Below are positions 28,489-42,651 of a DNA stretch of 64,000 bases, one piece after another (position 1 is the first letter of the stretch; the number at the start of each line of letters is the position of its first letter). The translations under genes were made by a program, and so were the position numbers. The notes beneath the pieces were generated by a model. The model had not been told where the DNA came from and did not search any database. It saw only the letters and a list, made by a program, of their open reading frames with translations. Origin of the DNA: Pocillopora damicornis (lineage: Eukaryota); assembly GCF_003704095.1 (NCBI RefSeq), contig NW_020843367.1:434001-498000 (forward strand), read 5' to 3'.

Positions 28489-29622
28489 AAAAAACTCAAT
28501 CTGTGTAGATTTATCTGGTGTTATAATGGGCTGGAGTAAATGTAAAGTTTGGTCTTTCCTCCTAATCGTCTTTGAATGTTTAACGCAAAGGACCTTGTTT
28601 CCCCGATTATGTCTGTAATGATATGGACAATGATCAAACTGTTCAAGCATCTGTGTGCTTGTGGTTGAGATAGAAAAGTCTCAAAGTTAACAATGATAAA
28701 ACCACGTTGCTTGCCTGTTGAGAAGCACGATAAAGATAAAGCCGGATTAAATCAAGATGGGAGAAGTAAGATCGTAACAATCTAATCTTGTGTAAAGATG
28801 CCGGCCCATATTAATTTGTGTACGCGGTGAACAAAATTCAGGCTGTAGTATAATAAGCATTCACATTACTTAAATTGAGTTAAATGTGGACGGGAAAGTC
28901 GAAGCGCCAGTCAAACCAACTGAAGAGATGAAAGTACGAGTCGCGTTAGTCGCTGCACATAACAATCATGTTTCGCAATTCTCCAAGTCTCCGGCGGATG
29001 TTCAGAGTTAAAAAATCTGGCGAGTGCTTCCAAAGTAGCGGAGTAGGCATCATACTACTATGTTACTCCCACGGGATCAGAATCCCTTAGAATTACTTCA
29101 ATGTTTGTCTATGTTTAGTATTGTTCGTGCACGTGCTGACCAAGAGCACGGTTAGCCGGTGGCTCTCAGGGTAAAAACTGTTGGAAGCTGTTTGAGGATA
29201 GATGGTGCATGTGGGTTCATGACAGTCTTATGTGTATCAGGCTCTAGGAACCACCTGAAGGAATGGGTGCGGCCAAGGATCAGAAAAGTCCTGGGGCCAA
29301 TCACAAATAATAATTATGCATCCGGCCAACATCATTGTAAAAACTTTAAATAAATCACCAGCCAGGAAAAAGAGGACTTTCGTCTTTGCTTTCGAAAGAT
29401 AGCATTGGTAAAGGGTGACACAGAGTTGAAAAGGGTACGGAAGGAAAGAAGCTGGAACTCATAGGAGAGAAAAACGAAATATGACAAACATTCTTTAATC
29501 ATCAATCTGTGGTGTTTTGCAAAAAGGTCAGCAGCAAGAGACGAGATTCAAAGGTTCGGATTAGATGCGATAAGCCGAAGAGCAGAGTACGGAAAGCAGG
29601 ACATCCTCGCTACACTCCCTTC

Positions 29623-29623
<1 letters not shown>

Positions 29624-29664
<41 letters not shown>

Positions 29665-29668
29665 CCCC
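29624..29668. repeat. Poly-C tract (~45 nt)
   Basis: Read directly; length may be unreliable. Confidence 0.85.
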
Positions 29669-32060
29669 AAACCTACTCTCTGATTTTATATTGTACACTC
29701 TATTCAGATAGTCTCTAGGCCTGGATAATCTCCCACAGTAGGCCACCATGAGAATGTCTATTTTCCGCGCTGACGACATTTTTTGCATGATGAAGTTCTT
29801 TCTGTTTGCTGGCAAAGAGACATATCGTCGGCGTCATGCTGTGAGCTGAACTAGCAACTATGCCAACAACAGTAAACGATGAAGCGATTATCAGCGGTTC
29901 TGGTAAATAGCGGTTTACTTCGAGGATTTCAGCGTTAAAGTAAGGTCAAACAAAGGGATGATTGGGAAGCAATTAGCTCTCAATTAGTTTCTTTTGGAGA
30001 CCGGCTAAGGGGGTCAAAGGGATAGAATAGCTTAACTTTCTTATAAGACTAAATTGATACTTAAACTAAATTGACACTCTCAACCTCTTTTCTATTTCAA
30101 TCCAACAATCGTGAAATAATTCTAAAGAAGATAATTATCGCGAGATAACTCGACTGTAACTTCTTGACTGCAACTTCTAGATGGTTCAACCTCAGCTTAT
30201 ACTTACGGAAAACTGTAAATACTTCTAATCGTCCCTTCCTTTCTCTCGTGCAATGTTGAATACTCATGTAAAACCGCCTTCCTTATTGTTAGCTTCTGTA
30301 TATTTTTAAATCGGCCCAAGGGACTCGTCCCTTGATGAAAAAAATCTTGCGAGCGACATTGGATTACCCACAGTCACGGAATATTTATCTCTGCTTGATC
30401 GCCCTCTTTGTCTAGATTTTTTTCTTTTAACTTCCTTCAATTACAGACGATTCTGTAAGAGCTTCAATTAAAGGAGACAATGACTTTAAAAGAAATTTTT
30501 ACTCAGAGTAAAAGAACGCTCTGTTTTCCTAGCTTTTCATTTACATCTTGTCGCTGACTCTAAAAACATTTTGGATCCATCTGTTATCAGCGTCTCAAGG
30601 ATGATGACCGCATGTTTAGAAGATTGTTTGAAAAATGCTAGGAAAATGGCAAACAAGCATTTCTTTATTTCTTTAAGGGCTGCCTTTAAATACCTCTATA
30701 CTGTCACAGAAAATACCGAAAGAAGCCTCATAAACAACCATTTCTGTTGATAACCAAGTGATTTCACACTGAATATCCTGTTCCCTAAACGTGACGGACG
30801 CGCTTCGCGCACATGGTAAAAGGTCATCAACTGCCTCTTGACCCATTTATTGTTCGCGATCTTTCGCGAAACTATAACGAATATTCCAGTTTCTTGAGGC
30901 GTATAATTCTGTAGCAATAGGTAGCAAGCCTCCTTTCTATGCTGATAAATTCGAAAGTATTTCAGTTAATAAATAAACATTGACCGCAAATGGCAGTGTT
31001 TCGAGAAAAAATTGTTATTATGCTTTGTTTACTCTAAACGACAGGGGCCTAAGGCATCTGTTTTGTTCCGTAGCACTGGTATACGATCATGTTCCCCGAT
31101 GAAAATTTAAACTCGGACTTTTTGAAAGGGTTGACATGAAAATCAAATTAGGGTGTGGAATTTGACAAACTATTAACTAACTATTAGGCAACGTAAGAGC
31201 ATATTGATTGCCACCCGATTTCAAAGTAGAAGGCGTGTCTGATAAGGTGACAGGTATCGCTTACCTTGATATTCTCAATCGCCGCACCACAACGCATTGT
31301 CAACGAAAAATTTCCTGGCTACTTAACTTCAATTGTGGTAAATAATGCATGCGCGCTAAAAAAAGAACAAGTGTCCAATCAGATCGATATCTACTGTGCT
31401 ACCTTCTAAAAATGTACGATCAAAAAACATCCGACACGAAGGCCAAATTGCCTAAGACCACATTATTACTTCACTTTTTTTCGCGTGTGAAAAGGACTTA
31501 CACATTGAACGACGGCCGTGACATTGATGACTGAAAAAAAAGAAAAGCGGAAAGGATACTTAGGAACGATGTCATGAAATGGTGAAAAAAAATAAAAATA
31601 TCAAATCTGTCACAGGATCGATTTTCAAACATTTGAACCTTGCTAGCAACGCATCTGGTTGCAATTCCACAGATACAGAGCAAGGCCATGTTCCAAAATA
31701 AAATGATTCTCTTCCGTCGAGTTCTTTTTTAATCTTCTTCAGATCGGTCCTTAGAAACTGCGAGGGTAATCTCGTTATGCTCTTAAAGCGCGATTTCTTC
31801 AGCAAACATCACCTGAATGAAAATTTTTTACAAGTCTTCGTGCGTGTTTTCCTTACGCGCGATCAATAATCACTACCACGTGATCTCCTCCTAACCAATG
31901 AGATAAAAGTTTACATTACATTTTTTCGAGCGTAACGCATGAGCATTGTCTATTCCTGAGTTTTCTGCGCGTGGTTTGGGCGTTTCACGAAGGTGTGATC
32001 GCCATTTAGAAAACATTTCTTTCTCGGTTTGGCCTCACAACCTAAGCCGAAGTGGCCAAC

Positions 32061-35000
32061 ATGTCGACAGGGAAGGCTAACAAACCGCTAATGGATGGTA
32101 AAGCGAGGAGATTTAGCGCCCCTTCGAGAGGGAGAGCAGTGCGAAGGCCTGAAGATGTCGTTCGCGACGTTCGTGGTCTCAAGCTTCGACAGCGTGTTTC
32201 TCTTGTTCTGAATGACAAGGTTCTTCGCGATGAACTGGAAGATCTTGTTCAAAACTACGTTCAGAATGGTCCCAAAAGTGGCGGAGAAGGCGTCCGCACC
32301 TATCAAGATTTTTTGATTCCCTCCAGCACGTACTATGGAGGAGGCATGTCTGCTGTAGTCACTCCAATAGCAGACATAAGAGGTTCCGATACTTTGAATT
32401 ATTCCAAACAGGAGAGGTTATTACGTTGCAAACTGGCCGCTACATACCGCTTAGTCGATCTTTTTGGATGGAACAGTGGTTTGTATAGCTTCATAACGGT
32501 GAGTACTCGTAAAATTCATGTCTTCTAGTGAACTGTACGGCAGTATTTGTTTTGTGTTAGTTGACTCGCGCGCGAGTTTGTTTTCAATGGCCTTCATGGC
32601 CACGGACGCATACGTGACTACCTTGGTTTAAGTTGTTACTCCATATTCTTAGGCCCCCAGAATTTTAGAGCGGGGTACGAATTCGAAAACTCATTTGTTC
32701 TGGTGGTTGTATTGGCTGGTGAATGCAGTGGCGCACTTCTGGTAGATAGTTTGGCTGTATGGAGTAGTGAATCACTGATACAAATACTTGTTTGTTACAA
32801 TTGTTGATGTGGATTTCTATTTTGACAGATTCGCCCCTCGGCGGACCAAGAGAGTTTCCTGATCCATCCATTTGGACTCATGTACAGTGAAGTGACTGCG
32901 TCCAGTCTGGTTAAAGTCAATCCGGATGGAAGTGTGGTTGATCAAGGCAGCACCAATCTCGGTGTGAATAAAGCTGGTATGTTGTTGCATTCTGCCCTCC
33001 ATGGTGCCAGAAAAGATGCCAGGGCGATTATACATCTTCACCAAGCGGACGTTGTAGCCGTAAGTGTTCTTGCTTATACAGGAATAAAAACTAGTTTTAT
33101 TTCCTGTAACTACTGTACATTTGGGTAAATTTGCACTGCTAGGTTCTGACGAACTGGCCTCAATTTTGATACGTCATTTCGGTATGCGCTGCATATTTTC
33201 TCCGTCGATACTGCACTTGGTCGTGAAATTAGTGTTGTCCATTTTGTCAGTTTACATTGCTGATAGATTTACTTAACCGTAATGAAGCAAAAACGGTTGA
33301 ACTGTCTTTTTCGCGTGACTTTTGTCATTTCAACTGCAGGGGTCTACCATTTCTGCAGGTTTGAGACAGTTGACAACCGTTCGAGGTTTCGAATCCTGCG
33401 CGCTCGTCGCCAAATGTCAAATTTTACCATTACTGTACTCCCGTGCCAAAAAAATAAAATATAGTAATCGCTCACTGGAGTTTTCCCTTGCCCAGAAGAT
33501 TAAAAATCTGTATTTAACTTTTTGATGAAGCCGACGTTGGGGAAAAAAATTAAAGATATTGGAAGCTAGTTGGGCGGAAGACTCCGTTGAGAAAATAGTA
33601 CATTTTCCTGTCATCAGATTACTATCGAATTTTGGGTTGAATTTCGTCTAGTCGATATTGAAGCGAGAATTATTTTTCCCTGAAACAGTGATATCTATGT
33701 TCGGTGACACGAAAAAGGTGGAATCAAATGTAAAGTTAAGCTTACTAAAAATGAAATTTTAATGATAACAGAATGCAGTTGAATCGAGGCTTTGTTGAAG
33801 ACTTACTGCGGTTGGATTATATTGATAAGGAAATGTAACACTGGCGTAGCTCGTCATCATTCCAGATTCTTTAAAACATATATTTAACGACAGTTGTAGT
33901 ATTGACTAGAGCACAAGTGCCCGTTTAAAACTGAGTCGTTGGGTCAAGTTTCTCTGGTTCCAGCCTAGTTCCTCGTGTTTGCCGTTTAGCACCTGCTCGA
34001 GCCAGACCGGGGTTGTTCGATTTGAATAAATCTTCTATTCATGTTTTGGAAAAGACTATAAATTAAACATCTTCGTTGATCGTGCCGAGAGTAATTTTCG
34101 GATATCCAAGTTCTATTAGGTTTTCTTAACTCGATTGCCTCTAGAAATCTCCTTTCATAATTTGTGTTAAATTGTTGTTGTGAAATACATTTGGCTTTAC
34201 GTTGATAATCGTGACTTTCCCACTTGACGGTCAGATCATGAATTTTCTAGAACTTTCTCAACACGTTCTATCCTTCTTTAATTTGACACTTGTCTTTGAG
34301 CATTTGTTCATATATATAAATGAGTCGAGAGCAATATTTTGCTGGACTGTTTTGCCTGATTTATTTGGTGTACATTGGATGCATTCCTCATAAACTATTA
34401 AGAAAATATTGAAATCCCTATTTGATGGTTTTTCTAATGCACATCTACTTTGTTTTCTTGGTTTTGGGTGTATTCTTGACTTATTAAAACCAGCTCTGGC
34501 ATTAACTTTGGAGAAGTTAACCAAAATGTAATCAGAAATTGCTTCACCCTGTTTATCCTATAATAATGAGTATTGTGCCATTATTTAAGCACAACCAGTA
34601 GATGTTCTCCTCTTGTTCAAAAAATTTACTCTTGGAGATTTTATGATCCTGTTTTATTCTTTCCGAAAAAAAAAACTGTTGCTCCACTTTGTCATGCATG
34701 ATAAGATGCTTTTCTCTTGTAATGCTGTGTTTTGATCCATTCTACTGTATTTGCTATATTTTCCAAGCCACTAGAGACTGAATATTTTGTTATTTCAATG
34801 AACTGTTCCAACCTTCATGTGATAGTAATCCATTGAGACTAGTGTAATATTTGTCAATTTTTAATCTGAGCATTGCTTCATAAGAGTGATGTAGACACTG
34901 TTTATCATAAGAGATATCAAAAGTACAGCTTCACTTATAATGTAGCTAGGAGAGGAATACATGTGCATTTCAGGGTGTTGCATATAATGCACTTTAAATA

Positions 35001-38000
35001 AAGATGTGTTAATGGTTGCATGTCGATGAGTGGCTGTTGTTTTACATAAGCCCACAAATATGTCTATCCAACTTGCTTCTTGGTGGACATAAATCAATGA
35101 AAAAGATCATTTTTTGATGCAGAAACTTTTAAGTGTTCATTTGACATACTCTCTTCTTTCCAGGTATCAGCAATGAAGTGTGGACTTCTGCCCATTTCCA
35201 TAGAAGCTCTAGTAGTGAGTCCTTGCTTTTATTTTGCATTCCATTCTAGTTTCAGCTTTGCATCTTTGTATGTTGATAAGTATTTTAGAATATGCTGAGG
35301 GAACAGGTTGAGACTGAATCAAAGTGATGTGGGTTTCACACAATTCTGCTCTGAAGGGGAGGTGCTACTGTTTCTTGAATTTTGACAAAAAAGTGTCACA
35401 TGTCTGGTGTTGTGGGGTATTATTCACCCAGACTAAGTTTTAGACCCCTCCCATGTAAATTGGTGATTGAATGGAGAATATGTCTGAAGGAAAACATTCT
35501 CTTTGGCAAAATTTGTAAGGTCCAAGTAGTATGTGCTATGAAAATTGACGCTAGTTCTTCACATTATTGCAGCAAAAACACTGTCTGAATCTATCATCAT
35601 TTTCAGATAACTGTATGAATTAGGATACAATGTATATGCTACACTAACCATACCAATTCCCTTTCATCATGGAAAGTTAGAACAATTGATTACATTTTCT
35701 TGTCTGAATCAACACCTGGCTTAATGACACTTGTTAATACAGGGTTTGTTTTCTTAACTCTTCAACTCCCAAGATCTCGTTAGTGACTCTCCTTACAGTC
35801 TGCCATACTGTTCTTGTGATGTTAGTTTGGAGAATTTGGTATCGGATCAACTTATGATACCCTAATTGATATTTCTTTATTCTCATCACTCATCTGCTTG
35901 ATATTGTATTTTTACTGTAAGGAGAAATTCTGTCTTGGTCACTCATTGGTCACTCATGGGAGTTAAAGGGTGAATACCATTTAACTTGCCCTGCATTTGG
36001 ATTAATTTCATATCACATATTGATGCTTATAAAATACAAAGTGTCATTGGCAATTTTCATGCACATAGCTTGTTTTTAAAAGATAGCTACTTTGAATTCA
36101 TGTAGGGGGGAAAAAACTAAACAACTCCTTACACTTTTTTAATTGTTTTGTTTACAGTTGGGTGAATTAGCTTACCATGATTTTAGAGGGATTTTTTCAA
36201 ATGAAGAAGAAAAGGAGTCAATAGTAAAGGACATTGGTGAAGAAAGCAAGGTATACTACCACAGAATTTAATGGCATGTGCTTGCAATCTACTAAAAGTG
36301 ACATCAAATTCAAGCAAAAAGGAATGTCACCATCTTTCATTATGAAAGGGGTCACAACAAGATGAGTGACCCCCTATTAACTCAAAATTTCACTTTTTCT
36401 CTGACTCCAGGTAAATTCCCTGACTTGTCCCTGACATTTAAGAAATTTATTTCTCCCTGACTTTTTCCTGACCTGTGGCAACAGTGATTTAGTTTGTAAC
36501 TCTTGTTGGCAGTTTAACAACCACAATTTTCAAAGGAAGGATTCAGGATTCAGATGTTTTTTTTGTCTTACTCACAAACACGCTACGGTGAAAACCACTA
36601 AAACTGACATAAATACAACCTGCTTTCTCTTGTAAGGTAATGGTACTCAGAAACCATGGTATTGTCATTTGTGGAGAGACCATTGAAGAAGCATTTTACC
36701 TGGCACATAATGCTGTGAAGGCTTGCATCAACCAGGTGAAATATTCCTTTTGACTCCTGTTTATTAAAGTGATTTACAATGTGAACAGCAGTCTTAAATT
36801 TACTTTGGTAATGGCTTATGGAGGTCTAGTTCAAATGAAATCTTGACTGACATGAAGTATTGGAATGTGGTCATTACATCCATTGTGCATTATCATTTAC
36901 CTGTGCTAGTTCCAGGCTGCCTATGAAACAGAACATGTACATATTCCAGGAATACACAAACACTTATTGTCATTCACACAGTATGAATACAAGCATAATA
37001 CATCAGTAGCTCTACCAGTCATAATTTATATTATTGACTATTTATTTACAATCATTATGACATTTTTATATTTGTAGATAAAAGCTGTTGGTGTTGGAAT
37101 TGATAACCTCATCAAGTGTGAAGATTTTGCCCAAGAGCAAGTGGTTGAGACAGCCCAAGAAGGAGGAGGTGGTGTTAACTCTGGTGACATAAAGTGGAAG
37201 CGAGGAGAAATGGAGTTTGAAGCAATGATGCGTTTACTGGACTCAATGGTAATGTGGCAATTCATAGGATATATATCTCTTTGTAGTGTCAGGGAGTATT
37301 TTTACAAGTTGTGCCATATTCTGACAAGGCTGCAGGTCATGTCAAAATTAAAACCAAAAGTAAGAATTATACAAAACAAAATGTCTAACAAGTAATTTAT
37401 CATCCAGCTGCTCTATTTCATGTACATTTGGTATAAGTAAAGAAGCTGTTTGTGATAGGTCTTGCATAAAAATTGCTGTGGATAGGTTTTATAGAGTTCT
37501 TAAAATAACCAGCTGTTGTCCAAAAATCCATACAATATTACAAGATATTTATACTTGATTCATGCATTTTCAGACTCTACTTAGTGCTATAACTGTTGAG
37601 TAATAAAGCTGTTTAATGCAATCAATGCTTGGGATGGGGCAGTGTACCTCATATGAAATATGTTAAAAACAGCATACCCTTCAAGTAGTATATTGTACAA
37701 AGGATTGCAAAATTAATTACCAGAAAATTTGGATGAAAATTTGTCCAAATATTTCCCAGAAAATCGTGTTCTCGAATAGAACATTCTAAAAAATTCCCAG
37801 AGCAGTTAAGGTTCGAGTTTGACAAGTGAGTGATGAAAATCAGGATTGAATGAAAGAATAGCAGTAAAATTCAAAGCATTAATCAAGTTGCCAAGATACT
37901 AAGATAACAGTTTCCTGAAGTTCTACAAAATTCAATTGATTGACTGTAGTATTGGTGCTGTAGTGCTAGGAAAAATCACATTTTTTTATCCAATCCATAT

Positions 38001-39304
38001 TGTGGTTTAGCTCAACAAATTTTGCAATTTAGCATCAAGAAATGTTTTGAAAAGATTTAATATTCATCCAATACCAACAAACAGATTGATTGTGTAAGGG
38101 GTGGTTTGTTTTTTCATCCATAGGGTTACAAGACAGGCTATGTGTATAGAAATCCTGAAGTGTTCCATGGTGAGAAACCTGCAGAAAGAGAGGTGACCAC
38201 CCCATCTACTGTGTCATCCACACGAGCAAAGATGTACTATACACCCGAGATTGAACGAGGACAAATTAAAAGATCCCATTCTACAGGGCGTGCAAACACT
38301 TACAGAAACCGTGTCAAATGGCTGAACACCCCAGTGAAGTCTACAGAGTACAAGAAGGACAAGGAGAAAGTTGAGTTGGAGAGTGATGAGCCCGTGACAA
38401 TTAAGGATCTTTTACCAGAAAGAGTTGACAAGGACTTGGAGCAGGTAGAGAAATAAGTGTTCCTGTAGCATTTCAAGTTGTCTAGTGAAAGCCTAACAGT
38501 ATGTATTTGAAATACTTCAAACTTTGATTGAACACTAAGATTGTCTGACATGCAAAAACTTTGAGAAATTTGTTGCATTTGATATTCCTGTCAATAACAG
38601 TTAAGAAACAAAAATCTTTAATGTTATTCTGTGATGGTTAGAAGTTAGTTAAATCTTTTTGCAACATCATTTGGTTATAAATTAAGTTAAACCCTTACAC
38701 TCCCAGAGTGATTAACATGCTAGTTCTCCTTCATAGCATCCATATATTTATCCAGCAAACAGGTTATGAGAATACCCAAACTCATCAGCTAGGAGTTGTT
38801 TTCCAAATTCTTGTACCTAATTTACAAATAAATATGTAGCTTCTAGAGGGGAGTATAAATCATTTTATCTTGGGAGTTGAAGGGCTGTATGTTGTGCCAT
38901 CATTTGAGTTCTCTCTCTTGCAACAGGCCCCTGAGAACAATGAAGTGACAGTAAAAACATCAAAAGTTGTGATCACAGAGTCAGTGCCTCATGAGAAGGG
39001 AATCAACGGTGATGAGACAAAGGAAATCAGACAAGAGTACACACACAAGACAGTCGTAATCACAACAGAAGTGAATGGTGAAGCAGGTGATGAAAAGAGT
39101 TCTGAGGTTGGAGATGAGGATGGTCCAGATGGTGACATGTTGGTTCCAGGTGCTGATTCACCAGAGCCTGAGAGCCCAGCAAAAAAGAAGGGAACAAAGG
39201 TGAAGAAGAAGAAGAGCTTTAAAGATGCTTTGGTGAAAAAGTTCAGCAAGAAGGGTGAACGGCCAGCAAAGTATGAAAAGAGTGATGCAGAGAAAGTGGA
39301 ATAG
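32061..39304 (+). CDS. ADD1: Adducin (hu-li tai shao / alpha-adducin-like)
   Basis: Phase-0 exons 32061-32498, 32829-33059, 35164-35214, 36158-36250, 36637-36735, 37078-37248, 38124-38444, 38927-39304. [71 protein letters not shown], and a basic MARCKS-like tail KKKKSFK. Likely pre-dates the vertebrate ADD1/2/3 split. Confidence 0.93.
35754..35974 (-). mobile_element. Related MITE subfamily in an adducin intron
   Basis: ttaactcttcaactcccaag...ggagaaattctgtcttggtcactc...gggagttaaaggg. Confidence 0.6.
38687..38886 (+). mobile_element. Related MITE subfamily just upstream of the last adducin exon
   Basis: ttaaacccttacactcccagagtga ... tgggagttgaaggg inverted ends. Confidence 0.55.
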
Positions 39305-41611
39305 TGTGCAGTGATTCAAGCTTTACAACAGGCCAAGTTTTATTTGCAATTGACGTAATGTTGGAATTCCTTTAAAATAGGAAATTTCAAGAACAAATAA
39401 ATCAGTTTGTTGTCAAATGTATAAAGTTAAACAAAATCTTCGAGTGGGGATTGTAACCCCTGAAGTGAGATCAGAAATTAAGAAGCCCAGCTTTATTGTT
39501 GTGATATAGGCCTACAAAGAGAGTAAGTCTAAATATCTTATGTGGAATGCAGGATGATGAAGAAATTAGTTTTATTTTCTTTTTAAGACAGTGATAAACA
39601 TTTTTGAACATACAAACCATGGTATCCAATAGTTATAATAATTTTTACATTTAAACTGTGTGAACAAAGCTTCCCCTCAAATGTGTTTGGTCAGCTCAAA
39701 TGAATTTTTTCTTTGTCCAATATTTTATTTGTGGGCATAGAATATTACCTTAGAGTTTTTGACATTGTTTAACTCAATTTTTTTTTTAGACATAGGTTTA
39801 TTTTATTCATGTATGGTTTTACTTATTTGATTTTACATTAGTAGACCAAACTTTGGTTCCTTTTTCTCAAGAATTCATATCAAAATGTTCATGTTTGTCT
39901 TCATCAGATTGAATGTTAAAATGAAGTGATGTTTATAAAGGGAAGTCACAGTGTTATGCTAAGTTTTCTAACCTAGTACTGTTAGAGATGTGGAAAAATT
40001 ACTCTTTGCAAGATTAACTAAAACTGACATAATTTCATTATGGAACTAAAGGGGATCCCTGCATACAACATACAAGGTTGCAGAATTTTTGACTTTTTTG
40101 TTTTCTTAAGGATGAAACAGTCTGTTACTGACATGGATTTTAGGATTTTGGTGTGCTTAGCAAAACTTCCAGTTGCAAAATGTACATGTGATTTGTGACC
40201 ATCAAATGTCACAGGAAAATAGATTGGAAATTAAGAAAAATTGTTTAGTGATCCTAGGCTTACCACTCAGGTTCTTGTAAATTACTTTTTGATCAGCCTT
40301 ATCTTTGGTTCATTTTTATAGTTTGATTTTGTTTGTTTTGTTTTGTTGGTAAGTGACCCAACAGTATTGATATGCTATTTAGGCTAGACATTTTTTTCCA
40401 AGAAACACTTTTCAGCGGTTCTCTTTTGTGAAATAATGATCATTGTGAACTTGCACCTTTCACCTTGAGTCTGGGTGAGACTATTTCTGACATTTTTTGA
40501 TTGTGATAAACTCTGGAGCCATATGGTACTCCAGAAGGATTATGCTTTGGTGGACCACTGTTGTCCACTACATAGAGTAGAAAATGGCATATTTTCAACC
40601 TCGAGTGGTAACTGAATTCTGATAGCTTAGCTTTGTTTCCCCCATCTCTCTCTCTTTGTAGTATTCAATACCATTACATCATAGGCTCTCTTTAGACACC
40701 AAAGTCTGCATTCTGTCTCCAGGTTTGGTTCCATCAAAAGCATTTGGGAGGCTGAGGCAATGTTGCTTCTTTTAGTGGTAAATATTTAGTCAACAGAATT
40801 ATCAAATGCATTGTGTGTTCCGATGGCAAATCAGTCCTGGGTTAAAGTAAGAGACTTTATCTTCAATTTTTAAATTTAATGTTAAGTCACCCAATGTTGG
40901 TTCAGTAGCTACTCCTTAAGGAGTAATTTGTCTAATGAAATCTTGCATCAGGGAAGTAGTACAAGGGTCGTCTTACTTCATAGTTCTATTTACTAATTTA
41001 TCATTTGCCCAAAGTCAGCACACTAGCTCTTAACTGCAAGTTTTAGGGTAGGATTTATCTTTAATGTTGTTATGGAGACTAGAAAAAAAGAATTTAAATG
41101 ATGTAATGGTTTTACGTGATGAATAAAGAGCATTATAAAGGCCAAGTGGTGAAGTTGTAATTAATTTCAACTAAGACACCCTCAAGGTGATGAGGTTAAG
41201 TTTAAAGAGAACTTTACTTCTGAAACAAGATAGTTGTTATTTACACAATCACAAGAAATTGTGTCAATCATTGCCTTTTGAGATTCCAAAGTATCTAACC
41301 TTTCCCAAATTATCTTTAAATCCGGTTGAAAATTGATCCCTGAAAGTACCATTTTCACTCTTGCTTAGCAACCTGGCTGTGAATCTGATTAATTTTTTGT
41401 GATGAGTACAGCTGCAACAGTTTGATCTCTTCACTGTTGAGATGCTTTAGGTGCTGACTGTTGTCTTAAACTGTTAGCACACTTGAAGACTTTCTAACAA
41501 GTTGATACTCTCAGCAATCCTCAAACTTTGCCAAAAGGGATTTGTGAAAGATAAACCCTGACATGACATTGAAGGAAAGATATTGGTTTCTAGGGTATAC
41601 TTCTCTTTTAA

Positions 41612-41815
41612 GTCTTTGCACTCTAACATGAATATTGATATTCTCCATTCTGTTGCCAAAACATTTCCTATGGTACTGACTAGGAGAATTTGTTTGACAA
41701 TCAGGAGCTTCTTAAATTGGTGATCATTCTCTTTATTCTCATGCTCTTTATATTTGATTCTATAGTGATACTGCAAGGAGAAATTAGAAGCCAGTCACTC
41801 TTGGGGGACAAAGGA
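41612..41815 (-). mobile_element. Same MITE family between the adducin and TTC33 3' ends
   Basis: tttgcactctaacat...atattctccattctg...ggagaaattagaagccagtcactc. Confidence 0.7.
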
Positions 41816-42651
41816 CTGAGCAAGTTCAGTCTTGGTTTAGTTTGGATTTTTCTGTAAGCTGTAATAGATAGCATGTTAAGGAAAATACTAATTTGTGTTT
41901 ACTTTTGACACTAATATTGCCTATGCCGTTTATAAATTAAACTAGTTATTCCAAGACCTAGTCAGCTGACTGCCATAAACTATTTTTGTAAATCACTTAA
42001 GGGTTACCTTACCTTACCTAGTGAAGAAAATGCTACCTAGGATTTTTCTGAAAAGGAAATGTTCAGTAATGCTATCCTGGCTTAGACAAACAAAATATCC
42101 AAAAAGTGTTACAGATTGGAAATCTCTCTAAGAATGAACAAGTTCAATTTCACTGATTTGAAGCAGAAAAATATGTGGGAGGAATATTTAAAGTGGAATC
42201 TTATCATTGTGAAGAACAAAGAGTTAACCAAGGCTTTCTTATGTTTTGGTACTCACACTGTGACTGCATAAATGAATAGGAATTTTACACTGTTCTTTCA
42301 GTTAAAAATTATTTAAGTGCTTTCAAAAGTTATCCACTTTCAGGTCCTAAATGCTGAAGAAATATAGCAAGTAAACCTGATGTTTCTTATAACCATTTAG
42401 CTCCATGGCCTCAAACTATCACTGTACATTCCTTATCACAACTGATGACTATAAGTAACTTGACTCCCAAAGGTGATGTGCATTACATCCAAACAAGTTT
42501 TGAGTGACACTGACAAGGCTACTGATCAGTTACAGGAACGACCATCCAGGACATTTTGCATTCTATGAGCTACTGATTGGCAGGTCAATAGATATTCACT
42601 GCCTGACCACAAATATTTTTTCTCCACATACATTCTTTCTATATTAATATT

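Noticed and set aside
29509-29815. Poly-Pro and poly-Gly ORFs
   Set aside because: Artefacts of the poly-C tract.
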